From assembly GCA_963752165.1 (NCBI GenBank), contig CAVVXE010000004.1, positions 5,437 to 69,436 on the forward strand: a DNA stretch of 64,000 nucleotides, written 5' to 3'. This document shows positions 63,304-64,000 of the stretch, piece by piece. The notes below the pieces were generated by a model. The model did no database searches. It was not told the origin of the DNA and saw only the letters and a program-made list of their open reading frames with translations. The first letter of the stretch is position 1, and every line of letters begins with the position of its first letter. The stretch is from an uncultured Flavobacteriaceae bacterium (GTDB taxonomy: Bacteria; Bacteroidota; Bacteroidia; Flavobacteriales; Flavobacteriaceae). The translations under genes and the position numbers were made by a program.

Positions 63304-64000
63304 TTATTTTGGAAACATGCAACCAACAAATTTTGACGTGTCCAGCGGGTCTTGAAAATTCGCTTTGCGCTTATTTATGAAAGCGTCGGCTCCCTCGTGG
63401 AGGTCCGGCGTACGTTGTAGCACATCGAGCACGTTAAGCAGCTTCGCAATCGCCTGCTCCTCTGGCAAGTAAATACCATATCGCAACGCCTGCTTAGCGG
63501 CACAGATAGCCTGCTTTGGAGCGCTTGCAAGCCTTGCAGCAATTTTTTGTGCATTTGCAACCACCTCGCCCTTAGGCTTAATATGATTCGCGTAGCCCCA
63601 TGCAAGTGCTTGTTCTGCATCAATCATATCGCCCAGTAAAAACAACTCACTGGCACGACCAATACCGATACGCCTTGTTATACGCACTGAGCCTCCACTA
63701 CCAGGTATGGCGCCAAGGTTTATTTCGGGAACACCGAATTTTGAATTTTCAGCAATAACAATGATGTCAGCGCCGGCTGCAAGTTCCATACCTCCGCCTA
63801 GCGCATAACCTTCAATAGCCGCGACTGTGGGTTTCGGGAAATTGGCAAATTTGGTGAATGTTACGTTCTCAGGACCGAGCTTGGTAGACACGACGGTACC
63901 ATCCGCCATAAGTCCTGGAAATTCATGGATGTCAGAACCGGTTCCGAAAGCGCGTTCACCGTCGCCTGTGAGTACAACCGCCCCTATCGCTGGGTCAGCC
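63304..64000 (-). CDS. enoyl-CoA hydratase/isomerase (crotonase) family protein, N-terminus beyond the right edge
   Basis: The frame stays open upstream of the track's Met: ...DPAIGAVVLTGDGERAFGTGSDIHEFPGLMADG...AAIEGYALGGGMELAAGADIIV...EGADAFINKRKANF. Confidence 0.85.
   Translation of the reverse strand, partial: ADPAIGAVVLTGDGERAFGTGSDIHEFPGLMADGTVVSTKLGPENVTFTKFANFPKPTVAAIEGYALGGGMELAAGADIIVIAENSKFGVPEINLGAIPGSGGSVRITRRIGIGRASELFLLGDMIDAEQALAWGYANHIKPKGEVVANAQKIAARLASAPKQAICAAKQALRYGIYLPEEQAIAKLLNVLDVLQRTPDLHEGADAFINKRKANFQDPLDTSKFVGCMFPK

Noticed and set aside
1-64000. rRNA, tRNA, tmRNA, transposase, integrase, phage or toxin-antitoxin genes
   Set aside because: I scanned the intergenic regions and small ORFs by eye. 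I found no cloverleaf-like GC-rich 70-90-nt units, no DDE, tyrosine or serine recombinase motifs, and no phage structural genes. A computational scan (tRNAscan-SE, Infernal, ISfinder) would be needed to be certain.

Overview
This is an AT-rich Bacteroidota chromosome segment, almost certainly Flavobacteriia. The evidence is gliding-motility genes gldF/gldG, a TonB-receptor/DUF4249 locus, many DUF6090-type paralogs and lipoprotein-type signal peptides. The window falls into three zones.

(1) 1-25 kb holds core genes: ppdK, a TonB-dependent receptor locus, an Omp85-like OMP, mnmE, dnaN, gldG-gldF, phoH, purC, a pfkB-family kinase, an L,D-transpeptidase and an exported Fe/Mn SOD. Several of these frames are broken by single-base indels, most densely at 17.5-20.0 kb. 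I read this mainly as a consensus-quality problem.

(2) 25.6-46.8 kb is an accessory zone. It holds five copies (one truncated) of a DUF6090-type membrane-anchored family and several peptidases. From 33.7 to 46.8 kb, 14 intact and functionally unrelated genes all lie on the minus strand. They are separated by a mosaic family of intergenic repeats with conserved gene-proximal ends: CAACAACG-like just after stop codons and GCCAGGACCGTT-purine-purine just before start codons. This looks like an integron-type cassette array with no integrase in view (CALIN-like), or alternatively a new REP/BIME-like mosaic repeat system. It is the most interesting signal in the window.

(3) 47-64 kb is a patchwork island in which strongly GC-rich blocks alternate with host-like AT-rich sequence, sometimes inside a single intact ORF. 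It encodes six amide/ester hydrolases (three amidohydrolase-fold, two tandem class A beta-lactamase-like, one class C-like serine hydrolase). It also carries two outer-membrane channels, an acyl-CoA ligase, a thioesterase, a MarC protein, one intact crotonase and three crotonase fragments. A ~0.8 kb segmental duplication and a thrice-repeated hairpin element are present too.

I recognised no rRNA, tRNA, CRISPR array, transposase or integrase gene. All coordinates of repeats and hairpins were counted by hand and may be off by a few bases.
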